Below, in pieces: positions 11,391-22,480 of a stretch of DNA of 44,399 nucleotides; positions within the stretch are counted from its first letter, which is position 1, and every line of letters begins with the position of its first letter. The position numbers and the translations under genes were made by a program. The notes beneath the pieces are model-generated. The model saw only the letters and a program-made list of their open reading frames with translations, did no database searches and was not told where the DNA came from. The DNA is taken from the NCBI RefSeq assembly GCF_001194135.2, contig NC_068981.1, positions 67,318,565 through 67,362,963 of the forward strand, given 5' to 3'. This stretch comes from Octopus bimaculoides. Taxonomy: Eukaryota.

Positions 11391-14325
11391 CAGTGAGGCT
11401 TGTGCGTTTGCAATGTTCTGTGAGGATATAGCCAAGTGGGAATAGCTGTCTGCAAATATGTCTTCAACGATAAGCTTTTCCACTGTCTTGGTTCGGCCAG
11501 AGAATCGGCGGAGGTAAAAAATAGAGCTGTCAGAGCGATATTTAATATATACGTCCAGGTCTATGTCTTTCAATGTGCAAATTAGGACCTGTGTGAAGAC
11601 ACGTGGAACAAGACGGAAGCGAGTACGCAGCCCTGTTTCACGCCATTGGAGATATTGAAAGAATTGGTGCAGTTAACATTAAAATGAACTTGACCGGTTA
11701 TATTGTCATGAAAAAATCTTATCAATATCGTGAACTTCTGTGAGGAGACTAGCGTAGGTAGAATGGTTCACAAAACTTCTCTGTTAACTGTCAAAAGCGT
11801 TATGCATACAAAGTACAAATCCATCTGTCATTCAATATATTTCTCATTGACTTAACACACAGCAAACACCATGTGTATAGTGCTGCGGCCAGGGCAGAAA
11901 CCATACTGGGCTTCAGGCAAATTGCTGTTAGTGATGCTGGTGATGAATCTGTTGAGGAGAATGCGGGCCAGAGTTTTTTCAGCAATGGAAAGAGGTCAAT
12001 GTCACTGTATTTTTTCGCAGTCTTATTTGGTTCCTTTGTTCTTGTAAAGCGTAGCTATGGTGGCGTCTCGGAAGTCTTCCGGTATACACTCTTCTTTCCA
12101 CATGAATACAAGGATGTCATAGAATGCACTGAAAGTCATGGTACCAAGTGCCCTGTACAATTCTGCAGAAATTTCATCTGCTGCGGGAGCTTTGCCGCAG
12201 TTAATTTCTTTTATGGCAGCCTTTCCCTTCTCTATAATCGGCGGCCGGTCAAGGTCTTTGAGTAGTGGCTTCTGAGATATTTTCTGCAATGCTTCCTGAT
12301 CGACAGTTCATGATCGGGTTAAGAGTTTGGTTGAAGTGCTCCTCCAATCTTGCCCTGATTCCTTCTTTGTTTTTGATGACTGTTCAACCATCAGCAGACA
12401 GCAGCAGGGCTGTTCCACTTCTAGAAGGGCCGTAATTAGCCTTTATGGCACTGTATAGCATTTTGGAGTTGTTGGTGTCAGCGTAGAGCTATACTCCTTC
12501 AGTGTTCTACTCCCACCATTTGTTTTACATGCTGCAAAGCTCCCCCTGGGATCTGGCTTGACAGTCCCTGTATCTGTCGTACTGTGAGGTACAGTTTGGG
12601 TGGTTCTGTCAATCAGTGGAGGCATTTCTCTTATCACCCAACAGTGTCCGTAGAGCCTATTCGTTGTCATCAAATCAGCCCTGGTGAAGCTTTTCTCTTA
12701 GGCCTAGATCTGTTTTAATTGTTTCTATGACGACTTTATTGAACTGATTCTACTTTTTCTCTGGCCCACCAGTTAGTGGTCCTATTGCCTAGAACTTGTC
12801 ATCAAGGCTGGACTGGAACTCCTGCTTGTATTTGGCTGAAAGTAGTCTGGCAGTGTTAAAGGCCGGTCTAATGAGCTTTGGGCGCTTGTGGTTCTAGGGG
12901 ACTATGCGTATGTTTAGTTTAGTTCCTATGATTCTGTGGTCCGTCCCACAGTCCGCTTCACGCATTGCACTGGTGATGAGGACATCACTGCTGCCACTAT
13001 TTTGAATGCATTCATGATGTCTTATACTTACCAGCCTGCTGGAAGATGGTGTTTGCAATCAGCAGGTTGTGCTCAACGCATTTGCGCAGCATAAGAAGGC
13101 CATTGCTATACATCTTCCTAACTCCATGTTTTTCTATAATTCCTCTCCACCGCTCCTCGTCCCTGCCGACTCTATCGTTCAAGTCATCTAGTATTAGAAG
13201 CTTGTCGGTAGCAGGTGTGTTACGTAGCGCAGTGACCAAGTCAGTATAGAACTGGTTTCTCATCTCTTCTGTTTATGTCATTGTAAGGGCGTACACACTC
13301 ATGATGGTGATGAAGCGTGTGTTGCTGACAGGGATGCGAAGTTTTATAAGCGTTTCATTTACGTCAGACTGGACTTGATGGCGAATCCGATTCCGTGTAT
13401 TGTGCCCTCATACAGGGCCTTGCCTTTCCTGAAGAAAGTATAACCGCTATGTGATTCTGTCAGGGACCCTTTCTCAGCCAGTCAAGTTCCACTGGTTCCT
13501 GCTATGTCGATGTTGTATCTTGACAATTCTTTGGCAATGAAAACTTTTCTTCACTGAAGTCTGGGGACGTTGTCTCTATCCATGAGGATACGTATGTTCT
13601 GTGTACCAATGAATGTGTTTTTTTCTCTCAGTTCTAATCGACTGCAAGGGGTAAATTTGTCAGTTGCGGTTAGCTGACGAGAACTGTTTAGGGCAAGCTT
13701 TTTAGGCCACCTTTTCTAGCCCCTCCCTTACTATTCAGTTATTTGGAATGCTGCCGAATTCTCTGCTGTAGAATACAAAGAACACCAGCCACTGGTCAGC
13801 AATCTGCGGATATGCAGGTTTGTGACTAGAACGTCTAGTGGCTACCTGCACTTGTCCCTTTAACCACTCCCCTATTGCCGCAGGATTTGAGGTTGACAGC
13901 AGAAAGGCTGGCACAGGGACAATCCCACTCTCTCGGCAAAAAGAACCTTGTTCTAGTGGCACGGAAAACTGTTACGGCTGGAGAACATTCATGTTGCAGT
14001 GGATGATCAGGACTCCATAGTAGGTCGTCATGATTTTGGTGCCTGCTGTAACCGCCTTCCTGAGCGTTGGACCTCACTAGTGGTCTCGTCCGCCCCGTAC
14101 GCCAACACCGGTTTTTGTATGCATCGGTAAACAAGCCCTTATCTCACTGAGGATTTAAAAGCCATCAGCTACTCTCACCTGGTTTAGCCTGCTAGTCGAA
14201 GCAGTTTACCGGGTGTGGCCACTGTGTATGCAACGATTACATGGAGCTGCAAGTGAGAGCTGGACTCCAGGTGGCGACACAGGTGGACGAGCCACTCTTA
14301 GTGAGTGCGACTAGCTCCAACCACC
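11390..14325 (-). mobile_element. RTE-clade LINE, 5' UTR and endonuclease present, RT broken and 3'-truncated at the (Y/F)ADD motif
   Basis: APE traces IGTQNIRILMDRD..ELSRYNIDIA..GYTFFRKGK..HGIGFAI and DKLLILDDLNDRVG..CVEHNLLIANTIFQ. RT traces GKAPAADEISAELY..WKEECIPEDFRDATIATLYKNKG and SIFYLRRFSGRTKT..IFADS. Multiple stops and frameshifts. Confidence 0.93.
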
Positions 14326-14411
14326 AGTATAAAAATGTAAATATAAAAATATAAATATAAAAGTATAAATCTGAAATATAAAAAGAAGTTTAAAATAAAC
14401 AATATATATAC

Positions 14412-14449
<38 letters not shown>

Positions 14450-14468
14450 NNNNNNNNNNTATATATAC

Positions 14469-14506
<38 letters not shown>

Positions 14507-16659
14507 GCAAACAAACAAACGGGGACACACATGTCCATATTGTTGAAAGACCGTTGACTATTTATGAGTTCCTCCGCCCTTTGACTGGTCTTACTTTTCA
14601 TCTCGTAGGGTATTCAACAATAACCCTCCTCACCAAGCAAGCATAGTGGGGGGATGTCCCAGCTCAGTCGCCGACGTCCGACCTTGTGATATGTTGCACT
14701 GAGTTACATGTTACCTGTAGCGCTCAAAACCGACCAGTAGCACTCAAGTAGTGACCTGTCAAAAAATTACGCATTGTGTTAGTTGTTATACAAAATGTGT
14801 CTTATAGCATTGATTGTGTTTCAAGATGGTTGAATTTTCTTTTCTTTATGTCTTATGCCTCCTTAATGTTTTTACAAATGCACAATATTACTTATTATTG
14901 CAATAACTGCCATAAGTCATAATCGCATATACTGGGAAAGCTGAATACAATCTTACCTTAATTAGTTTATCATTTTTGCTTTGGGATTCGGTGACATTAT
15001 CTTTTTCATACATGTGCTATATTATATCAGCTCTGTCGTTTCGCTATTTATGTGAGGTCAGCTTTTCCTTTTACTACTTCGAGCCGATAAAATAAAACAC
15101 CCGACAAGTATAGCGAATTGACATAATTTACTGTACTCCTAAGAAAATTTGAAGCGTGTCTGGGAAAAAATCCATTATTAATATCATTTATAAATATATG
15201 AATGATGACTTATTATATGAGTATAGAAAGTTTATGACTGTTAGATAAAATAAATAAGAACTTTGATGGCGATGTAGGTATTATCGCAACTGTGATGGTG
15301 ACTACGAGATCAATAGCAACAATAGTTCAGATAAGTATAAGTGCATGAAATTTTGGAATGGAAATAATCAATCATTACAATCAGAGTCCTATTCGGGTAC
15401 TTATTCTACATATTGAAGGTGAAAACCAAATTCAATACCTACAATGCTTGAGTTCAGAACCTAGAGCTGTATAACTAAATAGGACTGCATTTTACATTAA
15501 TTCTCGAAAAATTTAATCTCTGTCTCTCTCCCTCGACTGTCTAAGAACTTGCAAGCATGCTTAGACTTCAAATTCGCCGACGAAGTTTTATAATAACAAG
15601 GTATGTGTGCATGTGTTACCGAATAGCTAAATATTAGACTCCCTCTTTACTGCATTCCATATTTAATTAGGTTTAATTAACTAAATGTTCAGGGTTGCTA
15701 CCCAAGATTTTGTTTGAAAGAATATGCTTATTTTAACGATCCAGCAATGGTAAAAGACAAATTGGACTTTGATGGAATTTGAATTCAGAATATAAATGAA
15801 TATCTTATTGGCGTTCTGCGGTCGTGTCATATACAAGCAATACCTAAATGTATAGCTCAAATAACTTTGATATCGGTAGAAACTACTTACAAGACTAATG
15901 AAGTTTTTTTTTCTTCTATTTACCTTACATTCGTTTATAATAAATTTGAACTTATGAACTTTTGCGACGTATTGGCTATGTAACTAAGCACGTATTGCAA
16001 GATTTAAGTATCAGTTTTCTTGAAAAACACTATTATATCATCTTAGAAGCCCTCGAAACGTTATGCTGTCTAACCGTTTTTGGAAAAGTCTAGTTTCTTG
16101 TGAGCAGAAATGTACACATTTACAGAGAGCTGGCGAATGTCCATGAATAGTAGTATAGCAATGGAAGGGAAATATTTATAAAGAACATTAGTTTATAATT
16201 CAGAAACAAAAGGCCGAAATTAAATGCTATATGATATCTAGCCAGCACTTCATATTTTATATTAATACAGCAATCCTCCGAGGATGATATTTCATTATGT
16301 TGGCATTCAGTTATGTTCATGGTCGTGTCCTGATGTTAACAAAGCCGATAAGACTTTCGTGTTTTGTCAACAAACAACACATATTGATGATTATGATAAT
16401 AATTTGATCAATCCTTGGGGTCGAACTGGAAATTCAACCGGTTTTCTCCTCTAACTCCAGTCTCCCTGAGCTACAAAAAGATAACCTTGATGGTTACAGG
16501 CCATATACTACAGAAAGTAGTACTCTCTATCTAAAATGGAATAAATGTGGTGATAATTTTAGCATGCATAGCAAAACAAAAATACCATTGCTACTTTTGG
16601 CCTCCGGAAGATGCCTGGAACTAAGACAGCTGAAATAAAGTTATAATGAAAGGAAACCA

Positions 16660-16777
<118 letters not shown>

Positions 16778-17370
16778 GCTCCGCACTGAATAACAGCATG
16801 AATGTGCTACACCGGGCTCCCCATTCAAAAAACAAATCTAATCTAATAACATCGATGGAATTAGATAAAGGAACCTGTGGAAGGCTTGAAAGAAGCGGTC
16901 TTTTAATGAAAATAATAATAAATAAATAAAACGAAATTTTACTGCCATACAAAGCACAGTTTGTTCTATGCACGATGTCTCAGTGAAACATGTGCGAAAC
17001 ACACACGCGAAATCAAAACTGGAAAGCTTACAAATTATAAAATAGAAATGGAACAAAACAGTAAGTACATAAATTGAGTAATTATGCATACACGTGAATG
17101 CCTACACAATCATATATACATTTTGATACCCATATGACTACACATACCTCTCAATGTTTACACAGTTACGTGAAATTACAGGACACACATTTACGCATAT
17201 GAAAACACATGTCACAAACGAAGCAAAAACAAAAACAAAACTTTTTCTTGTTTCGTTTTATTTTTCGAACTAAATTTCACAGACAGAGTGAACCATTCAT
17301 ACGTTTAAAAACACCACAAAAAACTATGCTCCGAGATAAATCTATCAACACAAAAAATACAAACGCATAC

Positions 17371-17784
17371 AGATCTGTTAGCCTTAAGAAACTATGTTAC
17401 GAGTAATGTTTACATGCAGAGAACTCGGAGACGATGTTGCCTCTAAAAATTAACCCAAAACAGACAAATCCGTCCCCTAATGTCAACGTCAAAGCTCGTC
17501 ATACCTCAATGATAACAAAACGAATTAGAAACCTGATTGGTCGTCGACCAGATCACAAAGGGCCACGTACTTGATATAGATCTGTTAGTCTTATGAAGCT
17601 ACGTTACGAGCAATGTTTACAGGCAGAGAATTCAGAGAAGATGTTGTCTCTAAAAATTAACCCTAAACAGACAGATCCATCCCCTAATGCCAACGTGGAA
17701 GCTCGCCATACCTCACTGTTAACAAAGCAAAGTACAAACCGGAATGGTCATCGACCGTATTACAAACGGCTACGTACTCGAATG
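17371..17784 (+). repeat. diverged tandem duplication, 207-bp unit
   Basis: Units start AGATCTGTTAG at 17371 and 17578; the translated units share 47/69 residues. Confidence 0.9.
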
Positions 17785-17829
17785 ATGAACCAGATTCGAT
17801 GTGATAAATTAGCTACTGGTTCAAATCTT

Positions 17830-18330
17830 CCCGACACATAGGAGCTGGAAGTACCCCACCCCACAACCGGAATATCCCAACAGATGGCCAACCATGCTTG
17901 TTATCAAATAACCAAAAGACAAGGAATGAAAAATGGCCTAGAGAAGATAACAAAGAAGATCTTACGGCCTTCTACCATGCCATATATTTCCCCACAAATA
18001 AATCTAATGTTATACAAATCTACTTAAACTGGAGACAGAAACACCTTGAAGTAAGATCCTACATCGACAGTAACAAGCTTGCCAACGTCAGAAGAAACAT
18101 AAAAGAAAATTACTAACTGAAGTAGAGATTGACCAAATTAAACAAGCAGTAAGGGATAAAAAGAACGAAGCTGCAGCTAAAGAATACACTACAGAGGAAA
18201 TAATTATAGACCAGCCCAGGGCTGATGAAAATGCAGAAATTTTTGAAAGAGTTAATGTAATTGATAGGCAAAGGGGACCTGAAGATTAAAACAATACCTG
18301 TTGTCATAGTTGACCTAGGATTGATAGCAA
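17830..18330 (+). mobile_element. N-terminal relic of an R4/Dong-like non-LTR retrotransposon ORF
   Basis: RNEKWPREDNKEDLTAFYHA...WRQKH...SNKLANVRRNIK resembles the R4/Dong N-terminal block (R.KW..E.N......YY.A...W........LA..RR.I). Confidence 0.55.
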
Positions 18331-18634
18331 AAGGGGCTGATTGCTAACTAGCTCAGATACATGGAATCTTCAAAATGGCAGAAATTCAAAAGATTGTGTT
18401 CATAGTTGTTGCCCATATTCTACGTAAAATACTATCTATGTAATCTCAAATTTTAAAGCAAACAAATATTTTTCTTATGGTTTGTTAAACATTCTCTAGA
18501 ACGATACTATGTACAAAACCAAATATATGGCACCCTAAGCATAACACCAGCATGATTCTTCTAACTTGTTGTCTCTTGAGGTCTCTGGGTGAGACTTGGA
18601 GCCAACTTGTAAAAATGCAAAGCAAAAGTCAAAC

Positions 18635-18703
<69 letters not shown>

Positions 18704-18705
<2 letters not shown>

Positions 18706-19236
18706 GCCCGGATGCAGTACCAGGCAGTGGCTCTCATGGCTTCTGATCTTAATTGATTGGAAGTGTTATCATGTACTTTGTTTTGTCTTGGTATAAAAAG
18801 ATGGGCTACAGCAAATATTCTGCTTAATACCACATATTTGCTTGTCAATTGTTTGACCTTAACCAGTTGAGCATGTCCCTTGGTGGCTGACGATATGTGC
18901 ATCTCTGATCATGAGCAGAAGTAGTTGGGGAGCATCATAGCCATGTGTTGAGAGGAATTCTTTGGGGTTTGAATAATTCACCTTTGGAAATATGGGTGTT
19001 TTGCTCAACATCCTTAAACCTTATTCAGGGACCTTTTGAGCGGGATGGGCTATTCGACCAGAAGAAAATTCTAACTGGGCCCCACCTGCGAGGTCATGCG
19101 CTATTTATCTTGATATGAGATCACCATGTCGCGCACATATGGTTGTGAAGCATGTGCCTGGTGTACCCTTACCAGATGGGTNNNNNNNNNNTTTACCCCA
19201 GTGTCACTTTGATGGAATTCACTGCTCTCTCACTCG
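18704..19236. mobile_element. about 530-bp interspersed element embedded in (TAA)n on both sides (contains a 10-N gap)
   Basis: GC-richer non-coding block flanked directly by (AAT)n at 18637-18703 and 19237-19304; I recognise it as an abundant octopus-type repeat. Confidence 0.65.
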
Positions 19237-19305
<69 letters not shown>

Positions 19306-19419
19306 TAACGGAAGAAATAACACCAATATGACTAAAAATGTAATGTTTGTTTTATTTCAATTGACCTGTAATTATTGAAATTAGAAATTATTATAAACAT
19401 GATTAATTACCATCACATA

Positions 19420-21360
19420 ACAAACGAGTGTATAATCCCAGAAGAAAGTAAAATTAATTCTTTTGCAGATGACGAAAATGATAACCCTTACTTATAAGAT
19501 CATCCCTGGCGTCAGTTTACAGAAAAATCAAACAGGTGTACATTGTTTTCAATTAAATATTCATATCGTTCGATTAACAACGTATAATTAGAAGTAAACC
19601 ATCTAATTAACAATGACACAAGACACAACAACTGATTGAAGGCTTGTCCTTTATCATTTATTCATATTGCCATGAAGCAGAGATATAAATTGTAATACAC
19701 ATCTCTTTAACGTACATTTCGACATTACTAAGCAAAGAAGATGTAGACACAAGAAATATCAGCTCGATAGCAAAAATTAAGAAAGCATTTAGAAGAAAAT
19801 GGCAATCGTATCAAAAGTTACTAAATTAAGGAAGACATGTATAATACCTTTTTCTCTGGAAGTATGGTGCTACAAGTAAAACACGTAACGCGCATCACGT
19901 GTTCAGTGACGACATGCTGGGATTAACTATGGTGGAAAATTAAAATTCCAACAAATAAAATATTTTCAACGATATACTAAAATATCAATAGAAAAAGAAC
20001 GAAGATGAGGAAGGAAAATGTAACATTGAAATGCACAACAAGGAAATATAAGAATTGATAAGTAATGTCACCGTGTCTTTAAGCTAATATTTAATCAAGA
20101 TATCACTGCATATATTATAACAGAAAAGGTTAATTATATTTGAAAAGCTGTAAATGAAAACTGCTGAGCAAATGAGCAGCCATTGTCGAAAGCTGGTAAA
20201 GAAAATTATCCCGAAATCAGAGAAAATCAACATTAAAATGAAAGTACATAAAGTTGCAAACTATTGGAAAAATACAAAAAGCATGGAGAAGTTCCAAACA
20301 ATAAAGAAGTTGAAGCAAAACACAGACAAAAGCAAACCAGATCAAAAGATAGAGAGAAGCGTTAACACATCTTGAAACAAAATCAGCTATTTGATACCGA
20401 GCAGAAAATATTCCACCGAGAGCTAAATCAAAAGAACAGAATAGGACTAAGCTTGCTGAACAAATTAGATAGCGTGCCATATAGTCAAAACTACAGATTC
20501 CCCATTGTGTAGTTGTGTAATGAGAAAAGCGTGTATAGTTGAAGAGAAATGGAAAGTGTTGCCAATGCAACCTGGAAAAGCTTAAGTGGAATGAGAATGG
20601 AGATCTTGTGGGGATTTTAATGTGCATAATCAAATAACGCAATGCATTTATTATAAGAAGGAAGTATATGATTAGACTTAGATCTCTTAGAAGAAAGGAA
20701 AGGCATGTAGAAAGATGAATAAATCCTGACCGCATTGAATTCAAGAGTAAAATGAAAATATTTGGTGCGAAAATGATAAAATAATTCGAGTGATAATTGA
20801 GATATTTGGTGGAGCTAACAAAATTTTAAAAGCATTAGAAAATAGTTAAACAATTGAAATAGATTTGGAATACGTCCAACGTTGTACTTTTCTCCACTGC
20901 AATCACAAAACTGAACACTTAAGTGAAAAGATTGAACATTGAATTAAAATATAAATAAAATTAAATAAAAGATAATTTTGCCTTTATCTAGGATATCCTT
21001 AACTTTTAATCTAAACCCAAACTTGACAATCAAAGTCAGCAAGAAACAAATTAAATCAGGCTTTAAAATAAAATCAATGTGTATGTTATTGGCCCGAGAG
21101 ACAAGATGAAAGCGAAGTTTCGAGTTGAGCACTTCATGCTAGGAAAGAGAAATGTGTGTAAAGGCTGTATAAAGGCATAAATAGTGTGTGGACGATTCAG
21201 GAGAAAGAAGACTGAGAAAAGAAGTAGAAGAGAGTAGAATGTCACAAGATGAATGAGAAAAAGTGTGAGAAAAAAAATAACCACTTATCATTGCTTGCCT
21301 TCCGTATTTGTTCCATATGTTTGTTTCAAGGAATCTCTCCATGCCACCTTTCTTTATCTT
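19420..21360 (+). mobile_element. decayed R4/Dong-like ORF continuing into RT
   Basis: KQNQLFDTEQKIFHRELN at 20375-20428 (cf. QN.LF..NQK.FYREL), ATWKS (cf. NWKAPG) and FQGISP (cf. FQGDSLSP) occur in the expected order. Confidence 0.5.
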
Positions 21361-21407
21361 TCATGTGTAACTCTTTAATTGTGGTACGCAATTAATAACA
21401 AATGCAC

Positions 21408-21514
21408 TTAGCCTTGTGGCTAGGTTGTTAGGTTCACGACCATAATGTCATGGATTCCATTCTTGGACCGGGCCATACGTTTTGTTCTTGAGCAAGGTAT
21501 TTCATTTCAAATTG
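21408..21514 (+). mobile_element. degenerate tRNA-like SINE head
   Basis: TAGCCTTGTGGCTAGG...GGATTCCATTC...TTCTTGAGCAAGGTATTT resembles SINE2 heads. Confidence 0.5.
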
Positions 21515-22170
21515 TCACAGTCTGCTCAACTGTAACATATGTGCTGCTTCTTTTAGGTTTCGTATTTTCCAATAGTGTTCTCTATCTATTATCTTAACTT
21601 CATCCCACAGGGGGAGGTGGTTTCCATTTTTCCACACATGATCAGCTATACCCGATTTATCAATATATCCTCGTGTCACAGCTTTGCGATGTTCGTCTAC
21701 AATTATTTTGAGGGGGCGACATGTTTCGCTTTTGTATATCCTACCACAATTGCATGGAATGGAGTACACGCAGTCTTNNNNNNNNNNTTTGAGGGGGAGA
21801 CATGTTTCGCTTTTGTATATCCTACCACAATTGCATGGAATGGAGTACACGCAGTCTTTGGTCATATTCTCTTCTATTGGTAGTTTTACTCGAAGGAGGT
21901 ATTTGCGAAGTGTTGTATTAATCTTGAATACTGTCCTGATGTCATATGGGCCGTATATCTTTTGTATCTTTTGTATCTTTTCGGAGAGGCCTTTCACATA
22001 GGGTCGACAGACTATGGATAGCTTATTGGTTTCATCCTCTCTTTTTTTTCTTAATTGGAGTGGATAGTATGTTTTTGGGGTAGTTGTTACTTAATAGAGT
22101 GTTACTTAGCTTGATCATTTCTTCGTGGTGGATATCACAGTCGCTACTTATATTCTTTGCGTCAAATGTA
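21515..22170 (-). mobile_element. Penelope-like element: RT thumb/linker and GIY-YIG endonuclease relic
   Basis: KGLSEKIQKI.GPYDIRTVFK..TLRKYL...CVYSIPCNCGRIYKSETCRPLK...EHRKAV..DKSGIADHVW..H...WDEVKIIDRE...R.LKEA is the canonical PLE GIY-YIG domain. Confidence 0.9.
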
Positions 22171-22204
22171 AATAATGTAAATAATGTACATAATTCCTCT
22201 TCTC

Positions 22205-22480
22205 TTAAATATAGAACAGGAAATACCCGGCCAGTCTAATCAAAAACGGAATAGAACGTGCAAAAATGACAGATATCCAAGAGTTACGGAAAACAAGAAA
22301 ATACCATGACACACTTAAAACTTTATCTTACGTATCAACACAATCAATGGAACATGGAACCATAAGCATCATTCATCAAAACATAACTCTGTTTATGAAG
22401 GACCTGCGAAAGGCACTGGAAACACATAGGATTATCAACAGCATCTTTCTGCTTTTCTCTCAACCTTGTTATTATTAAAG
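22205..22480 (+). mobile_element. second Penelope-like fragment (RT C-terminal linker), opposite orientation
   Basis: SLIKNGIERAKMTDIQELRKTRK...TLSYVSTQ..IIHQN...KALETHRII resembles the PLE 'I..GI.RA......LR......LPYV.T.NP' linker. Confidence 0.55.

Noticed and set aside
14402-14506. Duplicated TATATATACTT(AC)n
   Set aside because: Same 10-N gap overlap artefact within a microsatellite.
21707-21858. 71-bp direct repeat inside the Penelope GIY-YIG region, one C/A difference
   Set aside because: Flanks a 10-N gap; most likely two haplotypes left unmerged, not a domain duplication.
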